From positions 148,936 through 212,935 of the forward strand of contig CALRCK010000001.1 in assembly GCA_943354605.1 (NCBI GenBank): 64,000 nt of DNA, read 5' to 3'. The stretch's first letter is position 1; the number at the start of each line of letters is the position of its first letter. Shown piece after piece: positions 54,449 through 64,000 of the stretch. The position numbers and the translations under genes are program-made. Source of the stretch: Candidatus Uhrbacteria bacterium (lineage in GTDB: Bacteria; Patescibacteriota; Patescibacteriia; UBA9934). The notes beneath the pieces are model-generated. The model was not told the DNA's origin. It saw only the letters and a list, made by a program, of their open reading frames with translations, and did no database searches.

Positions 54449-55402
54449 ATGCCAACATCCCTCGAGCAATCGTTGTTTCGGACGCTCGCGTACTTTGTCT
54501 ATTTTCAGTTTCCGTTAACGGCGTTCGAGCTTTGGAAATGGTGCGATGCTCCGAGCGTCACACTGTTGGATGTTGAAGAAGCGTTGGCGAATTCCTCCTG
54601 GCTTCGTTCGCGCGGATGCATGGAGGACCAAGGATTCTTTGCGCTTGGCAACGCCGCGGCTTGGCGAACAGAGCGACTATCTCGAGTAACCGACGCGCTT
54701 CGGAAATCCCGACGGGCATCACGGTTTGTAAAATTCGCATCGCGGTTGCCATGGGTGAAGATGGTTGCGGTGTGTAATTCATTGGCGTTTTCCTTTACGA
54801 ATCACGAAAGCGATATTGATTTGTTTGTTGTGACGGGGCGGGGAGCGATTTGGTCTACGCGATTGATTCTTGCGGGTGCTCTCGCGCTGTTGCGTGCGCG
54901 ACCAGGTGAACGCGCAAAAGATCCCCTGTGTTTAAGCTTTTTTGTTGCCGATGATCGGCTGGATTTGTCGTCGGTGAAGATTGGATCAAAAGATCCGTAT
55001 TTCACATTCTGGATTGCGACGTTGGCGCCAGTATTGGATCGCGGGGACATCCTGGCAAAGTTGCGTGGAGCAAATGGTTGGATGCGGCCGGAGATTCCTC
55101 GAGCACTGAGCGTTCGTAGAGCACAAGCCTACGTTGCGCCGGCAGTACGACCGCTTCCGAATGTTGTGAGAGGCGAGCGTATGGCGGAGCGAATGCAGCG
55201 TGCCCGATTCCCGGCGGCACTTCGGACAATGATGAATGCAGACACGCGCGTTGTTGTGAGCGATGGCATGCTAAAATTTCATCATAATGATCGTCGGCAA
55301 GATATTCTTTCGTCGTATGAAGCGCTTCTTTCCCAACTGGACGACGGTGTTCCTGTCCATAACGATCTTTCTTCTCCCGTGGCAAACGCGGTGGATGTAT
55401 AG
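54449..55402 (+). CDS. hypothetical protein
   Basis: 317-aa ORF with no family recognised. Confidence 0.35.
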   Translation: MPTSLEQSLFRTLAYFVYFQFPLTAFELWKWCDAPSVTLLDVEEALANSSWLRSRGCMEDQGFFALGNAAAWRTERLSRVTDALRKSRRASRFVKFASRLPWVKMVAVCNSLAFSFTNHESDIDLFVVTGRGAIWSTRLILAGALALLRARPGERAKDPLCLSFFVADDRLDLSSVKIGSKDPYFTFWIATLAPVLDRGDILAKLRGANGWMRPEIPRALSVRRAQAYVAPAVRPLPNVVRGERMAERMQRARFPAALRTMMNADTRVVVSDGMLKFHHNDRRQDILSSYEALLSQLDDGVPVHNDLSSPVANAVDV

Positions 55403-56663
55403 CGAGGTTTCGATTGCCGGAGCGCACACGGAGTTTGGAGTGATGAGTGTGTACGCCGTTGAACTTCTTCTTGCTGCGGCGCTTATTGGCGGAAGTATTC
55501 TTGATCGAAAATGGTGGAAGATTGATGAACAGCGTCAGCTTCCGGTTCGTCTTGGTGCGATCGTGGTCGTCGTTGCCGTTCTTGGAACTGCGTTTGCTGA
55601 TCGGTCGGCGTTTTCATTATCGGCGGCAACGCATCTTGGGCTTGCGTATGCGTTGTTTGTTGCGATTCTCATCGACCGTGTCAGCGTAAAACATCTGTTA
55701 TTCGCCTTTGCCGCATCATTGATCGCGCCGCTTGTCCTTGGATGCATTCAAGTATTTGGCGGTTCGTCGTCGGCGAATTCCTGGCTCGGGCTTGCGTATC
55801 GCGATGCTGCTCAGTTGGGCGATGCGGTGTTCACAGTGAACGGCGAGCGCGTACTTCGCGCCTACGGAAGTTTTCCGCATCCGAACGTATTTGGCGGATT
55901 CCTTGGTGTTGGATTGTTCGCGTGGTGGGCCTTTATGGCTCAGGTGAAGTCCCTCCCCCCATTTATGGGGGGAGTTGGAGGGGGGCTTTTTCGTCGAAAG
56001 ATGATGCTTATTACGAGTATCGGCACGGTCGTTTTGATCGTTGGGATGCTTCTCACTGGATCACGTTCGGCGTTCCTTGGGCTGTTCGTGGGCCTTGCAT
56101 TGGTATTTGTCGTCAAATCGATTCCATCAATGAAGGTTGCGCGTCCGGCTGCCGCGATTCTTGGAATTGTCGCAGTCCTTGGCTCGCTTTTCGCGTCGTT
56201 TTATCTGACCGATTTGGCGTCGAGTATTCGTGGCGGGGGAGTGAATGAAGAACGATCACTCACGGAACGCATCGCGCTGTACGAGGATTTTGTTCCGTTT
56301 ATGGCCGCCACGAATCCGGTTATCGGCCACGGTATCGGTTCGTATGTTCTGTCGCTTTCTGATGCCGATCCGGGAAAGAGTGTGTTCGATTATCAGCCGG
56401 TGCATAATGTATTTCTGTTGATTCTTGCTGAACTTGGGCTTCTCGGACTTGCCGCGATGGTGTGTTGGGGTGTGAGTGTTGTGTGGATGAATGTTTCCCG
56501 ATTTCCGCATCGCGACGCGCTGTACGCATTCGGGATGGGTAATGTGGTGTTCATGATTTGTTTCTTCGATCACTACTTGTGGTCGTCGTGGTCTGGTCTT
56601 GCGCTAATCGCCTTTGCGATGGGCATGATGGTGCGATTGGGGGAGGAGAAGGAGTATTCTTAG
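55317..56663 (+). CDS. O-antigen ligase/polymerase-like polytopic membrane protein
   Basis: More than 10 TM helices with a Wzy_C-like loop. I chose the start at 'MKRFFPNW'. It overlaps the upstream ORF. Confidence 0.5.
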   Translation: MKRFFPNWTTVFLSITIFLLPWQTRWMYSEVSIAGAHTEFGVMSVYAVELLLAAALIGGSILDRKWWKIDEQRQLPVRLGAIVVVVAVLGTAFADRSAFSLSAATHLGLAYALFVAILIDRVSVKHLLFAFAASLIAPLVLGCIQVFGGSSSANSWLGLAYRDAAQLGDAVFTVNGERVLRAYGSFPHPNVFGGFLGVGLFAWWAFMAQVKSLPPFMGGVGGGLFRRKMMLITSIGTVVLIVGMLLTGSRSAFLGLFVGLALVFVVKSIPSMKVARPAAAILGIVAVLGSLFASFYLTDLASSIRGGGVNEERSLTERIALYEDFVPFMAATNPVIGHGIGSYVLSLSDADPGKSVFDYQPVHNVFLLILAELGLLGLAAMVCWGVSVVWMNVSRFPHRDALYAFGMGNVVFMICFFDHYLWSSWSGLALIAFAMGMMVRLGEEKEYS

Positions 56664-56726
56664 CACTCTTGACCCATGACTGCTAATTTCGTATCATTGA
56701 GCCGTAAGAATTTCACATTTTTCTCT

Positions 56727-57014
56727 ATGAAACTTCGCCCACTTGGAGGTCATATTATTGTTGAGCCACAGGAAAGAGAAACAAAAACGGCTTCGGGAAT
56801 TTACCTTCCGGACGCGGGTGAAAAGCGCCAGGGGCAGGGAATTGTCGTGGCCGTTGGTCCAGGAAAGATTGAGAAAGGTGAGCGGCAAGCTGTCGAGGTG
56901 AAGGTTGGAGATGCTGTCGTCTTTAAGCAATACGCCCCAGACGAAGTGAAGCTGGAAAATAAAACATTCTTGATCGTTTCCGTAGACGACGTAACCGCGG
57001 TGATCGAGGCATAG
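56727..57014 (+). CDS. groES: co-chaperonin GroES
   Basis: 'MKLRPLGGHIIVEP...TASGIYLPD...GIVVAVGPG'. Confidence 0.9.
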   Translation: MKLRPLGGHIIVEPQERETKTASGIYLPDAGEKRQGQGIVVAVGPGKIEKGERQAVEVKVGDAVVFKQYAPDEVKLENKTFLIVSVDDVTAVIEA

Positions 57015-57054
57015 CGTTGCTACTGCCCACTTCCTACTTACTATTGCCTAATAT

Positions 57055-58677
57055 ATGTCAAAGACGATTGTTTTTAGCGACGACGCACGAAAGAAAATGA
57101 AGGACGGTGCAGATCAGTTGGCAAACGCGGTGAAGGTGACGATGGGCCCACGCGGCCGAACGGTGATTATCGATCGTGGGTTTGGTTCGCCGATGGTGAC
57201 AAAGGACGGCGTGTCTGTGGCAAAGGAAGTTGAGCTTGCCGACAAGCTTGAAAATCTTGGCGCCACACTCGTGAAAGAAGCTGCGAGCAAGACGAATGAC
57301 GTTGCTGGCGATGGGACGACTACCGCTGTTGTTCTTGCGCAATCAATCATTTCCGAAGGCCTGCGCGTGGTTTCTGCTGGCGTAAACTCGCAAGCGCTTC
57401 GTCGTGGCATCGAAAAAGGCGTTGAGGCGATTGTGAAAAAAATTGCAGAGATCTCGACTCCGGTTCATGGCAACGCCATCGAGCAAGTCGCATCTATTTC
57501 CGCGAACGATCCTGAAATCGGTAAGATGATTGCGGAGGCCATGAAGAAAGTGAGTGAGAACGGCGTGATTACGGTTGAAGAAGGCCAGTCCTTCGGGATC
57601 GAAGTCGATGTCGTCGAAGGCATGCAGTTTGATAAAGGCTACGTGTCGCCATATATGGTGACGAGCTCCGAGCGCATGGAAGCCGTGTACAACGATGTTC
57701 CTGTGCTCGTGACCAGTGAAAAAATCAGTAGCATGCAAACGTTGATGCCGATCTTGGAAAAACTTCTTGGCACTGGTCGAAAAGACCTCGTGATTATTGC
57801 GGAAGATGTCGATGGGGAAGCGATGACGGCACTTGTGCTGAACAAACTTCGCGGTGCGTTGAACGTGTTGGCAATTAAAGCCCCAGCGTACGGCGATCGC
57901 CGAAAGGCCATGCTTGAGGACATTGCCATCGTGACTGGTGCGAAGTTCATTGCTCCAGAAACGGGAATGAAGTTCGAGACACTCGAGCTTTCGGATCTTG
58001 GCCACGCACGTCGCGTTATTTCTACAAAGGACACAACAACGATCGTTGAAGGTGCTGGCGACAAGGTGGCGATTGCTGAACGCGTGATGAATATCAAAGC
58101 ACAGCTCGAAAATTCCGACTCCGACTTTGACAAAGAAAAGTTCCGCGAGCGCATGGCGAAGATTTCCGGCGGCGTAGCTGTGATCAAGGTTGGTGCAGCA
58201 AGCGAAGTGGAGATGAAAGAGAAGAAGCACCGCATTGAAGACGCTGTGGCTGCAACAAAAGCAGCCATCGAAGAGGGAATTGTCGCTGGTGGTGGCGTGG
58301 CGTTGATTCGTGCAAAAGCGGTACTTGCCGATCTCGTTGTGAGCGCAGAAGAAAAGATTGGTGTCGATATTTTGAGTCGTGCCGTTGAATCTCCACTTCG
58401 TCAGATCGCGGAGAACGCTGGACATGAAGGCGGCGTCATCGTGGAACGCGTGAAGGCGATGACGGGAAATAACGGTTGGGACGCGGCTGAGGACAAAGAC
58501 GTGGACATGGTTGCGGTCGGCATCATCGACCCAGCGAAAGTCACCCGATCTGCGCTGCAGAACGCAGCATCGGTGGCGGTCATGATTCTCACCACCGAAG
58601 CAGCGATCACTGAAGTTCCGAAGGCTGAAAAAGAAAGTGCTGGTGGCGCTGGCGGAGGCATGGGCGACATGTATTAA
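57055..58677 (+). CDS. groEL: chaperonin GroEL
   Basis: Full-length Cpn60 with a C-terminal 'GGAGGGMGDMY'. Confidence 0.95.
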   Translation: MSKTIVFSDDARKKMKDGADQLANAVKVTMGPRGRTVIIDRGFGSPMVTKDGVSVAKEVELADKLENLGATLVKEAASKTNDVAGDGTTTAVVLAQSIISEGLRVVSAGVNSQALRRGIEKGVEAIVKKIAEISTPVHGNAIEQVASISANDPEIGKMIAEAMKKVSENGVITVEEGQSFGIEVDVVEGMQFDKGYVSPYMVTSSERMEAVYNDVPVLVTSEKISSMQTLMPILEKLLGTGRKDLVIIAEDVDGEAMTALVLNKLRGALNVLAIKAPAYGDRRKAMLEDIAIVTGAKFIAPETGMKFETLELSDLGHARRVISTKDTTTIVEGAGDKVAIAERVMNIKAQLENSDSDFDKEKFRERMAKISGGVAVIKVGAASEVEMKEKKHRIEDAVAATKAAIEEGIVAGGGVALIRAKAVLADLVVSAEEKIGVDILSRAVESPLRQIAENAGHEGGVIVERVKAMTGNNGWDAAEDKDVDMVAVGIIDPAKVTRSALQNAASVAVMILTTEAAITEVPKAEKESAGGAGGGMGDMY

Positions 58678-58683
58678 ATTGTA

Positions 58684-58748
58684 GAGACGGCCCGGTGGGC
58701 CGTCTCAAACAACCCACAAAACGGATCCGTTTATTCGGATCCGTTTTG
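58684..58748 (+). terminator. two hairpins after groEL (gagacggcccggtgggccgtctc; aaaacggatccg-tttatt-cggatccgtttt)
   Basis: Seen directly. The second hairpin is followed by 'GUG'. Confidence 0.45.
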
Positions 58749-59279
58749 TGCTATCCTCGATGTGTACGGTGTGCGAGGGGGAATGATCGTCGATAGGTTA
58801 GGGTTCGGAGGAACGCGGGGAATTCGGAAACGGGGAAACAGAGACGGTCGAGAGGTTTTACGAGGAGTAATCCTCGACGCAGCTGCTGCTGCGATTCAAT
58901 CTGGGTAACCGCGAAGGGGAACCTCTGCGGAAATGGTGGTAGCCAACGCACATCAGCCGTGATTCCTACGGGCACGGTCCCTTGATTGGATGAAAAACCA
59001 GACCAACAGCTAAGGCGACCTGATGGTCATAAATCGAGCGAGCTGATGAAGTTCGTTTTCCGAAAGGACGGCTGGGGAGCCGGATGCCGAAGCTTTGGGC
59101 GCGGGGCTGACGGGCCAAAAGCCCGAACAGACAACAGCGCGGTACTCTCCACACCACCCTTACGAGAAGCACTTTCGGCCATACGCGGCTGGAGGTGCTT
59201 CTTCATTAAAAACCGACGAGCCCGACCTCTTGCGAAGCCGGGCTCTCGTGGGGTTCTGACCGGCGCGGTTGCGCTTGGG

Positions 59280-59807
59280 TCAGTTCTCGTTGCTGGCGAC
59301 CGTCGGCACCGGCACGTTGACGATCTGCCCGATCGCCAACTTGTTCACGTCGATGTCCGGGTTCGCCTTCTCCATGTCCAGCCGGTTGATCCCGTACAGC
59401 TTGCCGATGCTGGCCAGGTGCTCGCCGGCTTTCACCTTGTGCTGCCGCATGCCGCCGGTGTTGGCCGGGGTCTGCGTGGCGGTCGCGGGCTGCGGCGGCT
59501 GCGGGTTCGGGGTGGTGGTGCCGTGGCCGTTGTAGGCGATGAGGCACACGACCACGAACGCCACGGACATGGCCGAGAAGGCGAGGTTGATCGGCGCCTT
59601 GCGGTTCCAGGCCACGAAGCCGAAGAGGATCGATCCCCCCTTCCGCTTGGCCCAGCCGTAAAGCGCGCTGACGCCGCTGCCGAAGGCCTGCGTCGACTCG
59701 ACGAAGCTGCGGGCGTCGCGGTGGACGCCCATGTTCTCGAGATCGCTGTCCGACAGGCGGTCGGGGTTGGAGGGGGTGGGGGACGGGGGGAGGACGGGTT
59801 CGTCCAT
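59280..59807 (-). CDS. LysM-domain protein with N-terminal TM anchor (GC-rich gene)
   Basis: C-terminal 'HKVKAGEHLASIGKLYGINRLDMEKANPDIDVNKLAIGQIVNVP' is a canonical LysM. I chose the start at 'MDEPVL'. Confidence 0.65.
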   Translation of the reverse strand: MDEPVLPPSPTPSNPDRLSDSDLENMGVHRDARSFVESTQAFGSGVSALYGWAKRKGGSILFGFVAWNRKAPINLAFSAMSVAFVVVCLIAYNGHGTTTPNPQPPQPATATQTPANTGGMRQHKVKAGEHLASIGKLYGINRLDMEKANPDIDVNKLAIGQIVNVPVPTVASNEN

Positions 59808-59933
59808 GAGGGACTCCAAGGGCCGAGAAAGTGAGTGGCCACTGCAATTCTACCTCATTTTCAGCCAAAAGTCCACTTTATAGCTATTCTCGGCTCGGTT
59901 TGGTATCGTGTGGGTATTCTTGACCCCTATTTT

Positions 59934-60314
59934 ATGGACGATATGAACGATGGGAGCACTCAGGGTTCGGCAAAACAGGCGGAGGTAGTTCCGCCAGGAA
60001 GGGGCGCATCGAACGATCGGTTGATGGCGGCACTCGGGTACGTTGGTGCGCTGTGTCTTATTCCGCTGATCTTCGCTCGCCAGTCTCCGTTCGCTCAGGA
60101 ACATGCCAAACAAGGACTCGTGCTTTCGTTGATTGCCATTGTGGTAAAGGTTTTTGCGCCTGGCTTATGGCATATCCCGTTCGGTGGCTTGCTGGTGATG
60201 GTGGCGGGTTTTGCGATCTTTATCACGGCGATCATGGGGTTGGTTAAGGCATTACAGGGCGAGAAGTTTGAAATCCCGTATATCAGTGATTGGGCACGAA
60301 AGATTCACTTCTAG
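59934..60314 (+). CDS. DUF4870-like small membrane protein
   Basis: 'RLMAALGYVGALCLIPLIFARQSPFAQEHAKQGLVLSL' pattern. Confidence 0.5.
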   Translation: MDDMNDGSTQGSAKQAEVVPPGRGASNDRLMAALGYVGALCLIPLIFARQSPFAQEHAKQGLVLSLIAIVVKVFAPGLWHIPFGGLLVMVAGFAIFITAIMGLVKALQGEKFEIPYISDWARKIHF

Positions 60315-60323
60315 GATCGGTGC

Positions 60324-61436
60324 ATGTCGCTGTTAGACGACAAACTCAAAAATCTTGCTGAGCGCCATGGCCTTGCGGTTGTGGCGCTTGGGCTTGAGGC
60401 ATCTCGCGCTCGAGCCATCGAGCTTGAGGCCGACATGAGTGATCCTGGATTTTGGAGCGACCAGGAAAAGGCGCGAAAAGTTGCGCAAGAAGCATCGGAT
60501 CTCAAGAAGGAAGTAGAGGCGTGGGACGACATCGGCAAGCAGATCTCGGAGGTTCGCGATGTTGTTGCGATGGCGGAATCGGAAGGATCGGCAGAGGATA
60601 AACACGAAGCTGAGCGGCTTGTTGCGGATCTCGAGGAACGCTTTACCGCCATGGAGTTCCAGATGCTGTTTTCCGGCGAGTACGACAGGCGCAATGCGAT
60701 CCTTTCCATTCATGCTGGTGCTGGTGGTACCGATGCAAACGACTGGGTAGCGATGCTTTTGCGCATGTTCATGCGTTTTGCTGAGCGAAAAGGATTTACT
60801 GTGGATATTCTCGACGAATCGCGTGGGGAAGAAGCGGGGTATAAGAGTGTCACGATTGCGGTGCGCGGTCGGTATGGATACGGATTTCTCCGATCGGAGG
60901 CTGGCGTACATCGTCTTGTTCGCATCTCGCCGTTCGACGGAGAAAAGATGCGACACACCACATTCGCGCTCGTGGAAGTGCTCCCGGAGTTTGATGCGAT
61001 GGATGCCGCGACTGTTGAGCTTGATATGGACGACGTGCGTATCGACACGTTCCTGTCGTCCGGCAAAGGCGGACAGTCGGTGAACACCACGTACAGCGCC
61101 GTTCGCGTGACGCATTTGCCGACCGGAATCTCGGTGAGCTGTCAGAACGAGCGTTCGCAGTTGCAAAACAAAGAAACCGCGTTAAACGTCCTCAAAGCAA
61201 AGCTCTTCCAGCTCATGGTAACAGCGCGCGCAGAGAAGCTTTCGGATATTAAGGGTGAACACAAAACAGCGGCGTGGGGCAACCAAATTCGCAGTTACGT
61301 GCTGCATCCGTATAAAATGGTGAAAGATCATCGTACCGACGTCGAAACATCAGATACGGACGCCGTGCTCGATGGAGAACTCCTTCCGTACATTGAGGCA
61401 TACTTACGCAACGACGCGGCGAAAAGAAATGAGTAA
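60324..61436 (+). CDS. prfB: peptide chain release factor 2 (no programmed frameshift needed)
   Basis: 'SPF' (RISPFD) and 'GGQSVNTT' (GGQ) motifs. A single uninterrupted frame. Confidence 0.85.
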   Translation: MSLLDDKLKNLAERHGLAVVALGLEASRARAIELEADMSDPGFWSDQEKARKVAQEASDLKKEVEAWDDIGKQISEVRDVVAMAESEGSAEDKHEAERLVADLEERFTAMEFQMLFSGEYDRRNAILSIHAGAGGTDANDWVAMLLRMFMRFAERKGFTVDILDESRGEEAGYKSVTIAVRGRYGYGFLRSEAGVHRLVRISPFDGEKMRHTTFALVEVLPEFDAMDAATVELDMDDVRIDTFLSSGKGGQSVNTTYSAVRVTHLPTGISVSCQNERSQLQNKETALNVLKAKLFQLMVTARAEKLSDIKGEHKTAAWGNQIRSYVLHPYKMVKDHRTDVETSDTDAVLDGELLPYIEAYLRNDAAKRNE

Positions 61437-61442
61437 AACCAT

Positions 61443-62366
61443 ATGCAAATATCATCACTCGTGACTGGTGGGTCGGGATTTATTGGTTCCCATCTTGTGG
61501 ATGCGCTTGTTCATCGTGGCGATCGTGTTGTTGTTGTTGACTGGGTGGAGCCAACCGCGGATCGGCGTAATTCCAAAGCGGAATATATCCTTTGCGATAT
61601 TCGCGATCGGAAACTTGAGCACATTGTTGCCAACGCCGCACCAAACATTGTCTTCCATCTTGCTGCGCATATTGATGATCGTGCGTCTGTTCTTGATCCC
61701 ATCATGAACGCCGAGCACAACGAGCTTGGTTCCATTAATGTTTTTGCATCAGCCTTTGCGGCAAAGGTGCAGAGCATCGTTTTTGCCTCAAGTTGTGCGG
61801 TGTACGGCATGCCTGAATCTGTTCCCGTTTCTGAGTTCGCACGTTGTCGGCCACGAACCCCATACGGCATTTCAAAATTCGCCGCAGAAACTTATCTGGA
61901 TTCGTACGCCCTTTGCGACGACATACATACCGTCTCGTTGCGATTCGCTAATGTGTACGGACCCAGACAATATGGCAACACAGAGGCGGGCGCGATTGCG
62001 ATTTTTACGGAGAAGCTGTTGCGCGGAGAATCGCCATTTTTGAATGGCGACGGATCAACAACGCGAGATTATGTTTTTGTGCACGATGTTGTTGCAGCGT
62101 TGATTGCAGCATCGGCCAGCGCGGTATCTGGCGTGTACAACGTGGGAACCGGGCGAGAAATACCAACAAAAGCGTTGTATGAAATGATCGCTGGCGAAAT
62201 TGCTACCGATATTCGGCCAACACCACGGCCCGAGGTGAAGGATGCGGTGATGCGGATGAGTCTTGATATCACAGCGATTCGTGAAGCGATGTTTTGGCGC
62301 CCTACTGTGGAACTTGAAGAGGGAATCCGAGAAACAATCGCGTGGTACCGAAAATTTTTAGCGTGA
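61443..62366 (+). CDS. NAD-dependent epimerase/dehydratase (UDP-sugar 4-epimerase-like)
   Basis: 'VTGGSGFIGSHLVDAL' Rossmann motif and a 'Y...K' catalytic pair region. Confidence 0.8.
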   Translation: MQISSLVTGGSGFIGSHLVDALVHRGDRVVVVDWVEPTADRRNSKAEYILCDIRDRKLEHIVANAAPNIVFHLAAHIDDRASVLDPIMNAEHNELGSINVFASAFAAKVQSIVFASSCAVYGMPESVPVSEFARCRPRTPYGISKFAAETYLDSYALCDDIHTVSLRFANVYGPRQYGNTEAGAIAIFTEKLLRGESPFLNGDGSTTRDYVFVHDVVAALIAASASAVSGVYNVGTGREIPTKALYEMIAGEIATDIRPTPRPEVKDAVMRMSLDITAIREAMFWRPTVELEEGIRETIAWYRKFLA

Positions 62367-62396
62367 AATCGCAAAAGAAAGCCTGATCCAAATGTC

Positions 62397-63212
62397 ATGA
62401 AAAAATCCTACGGCCAGCATTTTCTTCACGACAAAAACATCATTGCGAAGATCGTTGCAACGGTGTCGATGGAACCCGGCGAGCTTCTCGTTGAGGTTGG
62501 GCCAGGTGCTGGCGCGTTGACGCTCCCCCTCCTTACGAAGGCGCTCGACGAGCCTGGAGCGGGGCGAGGAGAGTGGGTCGGGGGGAGGTGCATCTTGATC
62601 GAAGCCGACCGCGATCTCGTTCCATCCCTTCACGATCGATTCCCTCAGGCCGAGATCGTGCAGGCTGATGCCGCAATGGTGGACTACGATGCGATTACTC
62701 AAGGTCGGCCGTGGGTGTTTGTGAGCAACCTTCCATACAACGCTGGAAATGCCATTCTCGAGAAGATTTTCACGTCGAAGAATCCACCACGCCAACTCGT
62801 GGTGATGGTTCAGAAAGAGGTGGGGGAGCGCATGATGGCAAAAGCGGGGGAAATGAGCGTCCTTTCGGTTGCAACGCAGCTGTATTGCGACGTCGAAAGA
62901 CTTTTCATTGTAAAGCCCGGAGCCTTCGTCCCTCCACCAAAGGTCGATTCAGTGGTGTTGCGCATGACGACGAAAACCTCCCCCCATTCATGGGGGGATC
63001 GAGGGGGGCTTGAGGCTATCATCGCCCTTGCAAAACTCGGCTTTGCTCACCGTCGAAAACAGCTTCGCCAGACTCTCGCTCAAGCTGGCGTTTCCGATCT
63101 CGCTGTTATCGACGCAGCAATCGAAACCATCGGCCACCCAAAAACCGTCCGTCCGCAGGAGCTGAAGACTGAGGATTGGGTGAAGTTTTTTTCTGCGCTG
63201 AATCTCTCATAG
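62397..63212 (+). CDS. rsmA: 16S rRNA (adenine1518/1519-N6)-dimethyltransferase RsmA/KsgA
   Basis: 'YGQHFLHDKNII...VEVGPGAGALT...FVSNLPYNAG'. Confidence 0.85.
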   Translation: MKKSYGQHFLHDKNIIAKIVATVSMEPGELLVEVGPGAGALTLPLLTKALDEPGAGRGEWVGGRCILIEADRDLVPSLHDRFPQAEIVQADAAMVDYDAITQGRPWVFVSNLPYNAGNAILEKIFTSKNPPRQLVVMVQKEVGERMMAKAGEMSVLSVATQLYCDVERLFIVKPGAFVPPPKVDSVVLRMTTKTSPHSWGDRGGLEAIIALAKLGFAHRRKQLRQTLAQAGVSDLAVIDAAIETIGHPKTVRPQELKTEDWVKFFSALNLS

Positions 63213-63243
63213 GCGAGACTTCGCTCACTCACCAACGGGTCCT

Positions 63244-63269
63244 GTCACGTCAGTCGCGACTGACGTGAC
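63244..63269. repeat. 26-bp perfect palindrome gtcacgtcagtcg|cgactgacgtgac downstream of rsmA
   Basis: Seen directly. Possible GC hairpin terminator lacking a U-tract, or a protein-binding site. Confidence 0.5.
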
Positions 63270-63485
63270 CTGTCGCCTCGGACCCCGTTACAGTGCTCAC
63301 CGCGCACTCGACGTCTTCGGTAATCATCATCGGTATTCTGTGCTCGTTGCGCTCCGTGCGGGGGCCTCCCTCGGCGCCACCCGTTGAATCGTTCGTTTCG
63401 TCGCTGAACACCTTCATGTTCCTGTGCATACACCATCCGTGTTCACCCTGTATCGATGATATACTTGCCCTACGATATTGCGCGT

Positions 63486-64000
63486 ATGGCGGAGGGAGAA
63501 AGAATTATCATCACGCGAAAAAAAGCCATCCTGAACCGTGAACAAAAAACGGGATTGGGTATGGTGGTTGGCTTTGGATCGCTCGCACTCATTTTTGGAG
63601 TGTTTTTCTTGTGGAAGCATATCGCTTCTCCATTTGTCATTTCCTACGTTGGTCCGAAGTTTTTAACTGGTGATGAAAAACAGCAGCAGGAAATGGAAAC
63701 GCTGAAAAAGCAGGACACTGACGCTGATGGCTTGGACGACTATAGTGAACTGTATATCTACAAAACGAGCCCGTATTTGAAGGACTCCGACAGTGACGGC
63801 ACGGAGGACAAGGCGGAGATTGCTCACGGTGATGATCCGAACTGCGCGCCAAATATGCCATGTGCAGCTGCCGCGGCAGACGCCGTGAATCCTGCAACGC
63901 TCCAGGGAACGTTCGCGGAGAAGGTTGCTGCAGAAGCTGGTGCTACTCCAGCTCCAGAAGCACCGGCAACGTCGGTGGACATTGAGGCGACGTTGGCGTC
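63486..64000 (+). CDS. membrane-anchored protein with Ca-binding-like 'DTDADGLDDYSE' / 'DSDSDGTEDKAE' repeats (3' end outside the window)
   Basis: Hand-translated open frame from the ATG at 63486 to the window end. It is absent from the ORF track because it has no stop. It has a TM helix 'MVVGFGSLALIFGVFFLW'. Confidence 0.4.
   Translation, partial: MAEGERIIITRKKAILNREQKTGLGMVVGFGSLALIFGVFFLWKHIASPFVISYVGPKFLTGDEKQQQEMETLKKQDTDADGLDDYSELYIYKTSPYLKDSDSDGTEDKAEIAHGDDPNCAPNMPCAAAAADAVNPATLQGTFAEKVAAEAGATPAPEAPATSVDIEATLA

Noticed and set aside
58750-59280. Possible tmRNA or c-di-AMP (ydaO) riboswitch in the GC-rich non-coding stretch
   Set aside because: I could not find a tRNA-like 3' end (GGUUCGAnUCC…CCA) or a tag ORF ending ALAA. 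The ydaO-like fragments (ACAGCUAA…) are partial and on the wrong strand for the only plausible target, LysM. This needs cmscan.
58986-59834. 282-aa plus-strand ORF across the LysM gene
   Set aside because: It is R/G/A-rich low-complexity antisense of a gene with a canonical LysM domain, so it is spurious.
60324-60420. Programmed +1 frameshift site in prfB
   Set aside because: The RF2 frame is continuous from the ATG at 60324, and there is no CUU UGA C motif.
1-64000. CRISPR arrays
   Set aside because: No short direct repeats with regular unique spacers were seen anywhere in the window.

Overview
This 64-kb window is mostly bacterial housekeeping DNA with CPR/Patescibacteria-like or Gram-positive-like gene content, visually about 55% G+C. 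Recognised genes include a partial ileS, ruvA, a FemAB-family transferase, trpS, valS-tyrS-argS, nusA, a short-form yidC, groES/groEL, prfB, rsmA/ksgA, secG, rplS, a CCA-adding enzyme and bactofilin. There is also a VKOR–DsbA pair, a glycosyltransferase/DUF4012/polyprenyl-sugar-transferase surface-polysaccharide cluster, six tRNAs and an RNase P RNA in what looks like an empty 500-bp gap.

The most unusual locus is a roughly 4.9-kb insertion immediately 3' of tRNA-Leu(GAG), at 43909-48832. It begins with a large serine recombinase bracketed by ~150-bp inverted repeats (IR1) whose conserved UUCG-capped hairpin carries two compensatory base-pair swaps. This is followed by a strongly AT-rich cargo bracketed by ~313-bp perfect inverted repeats (IR2), each carrying an identical inward-facing sigma70-like promoter (TTGTTC-N17-TATAAT). 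The cargo encodes a SpoT-like small alarmone hydrolase (HD domain) reading one way. Reading the other way is an operon of a 56-aa ORF (not in the supplied ORF track), a zeta-toxin-family P-loop kinase and a 104-aa ORF. The insertion is flanked by a direct 'gcacca' repeat, which is the tRNA 3' end.

A second repeat family is a ~120-bp miniature inverted-repeat (MITE/Correia/ERIC-like) element with ~27-bp terminal inverted repeats. There are three full copies plus degenerate copies, repeatedly next to tRNA genes or directly after stop codons.

Other notable items are three visibly GC-rich islands (tdk, a four-gene block, a LysM gene), paired palindromic operator-like sites upstream of a ferric-reductase-like gene, a RelE/ParE toxin–antitoxin pair inside the aaRS operon, and a tRNA-Ile with anticodon UAU.
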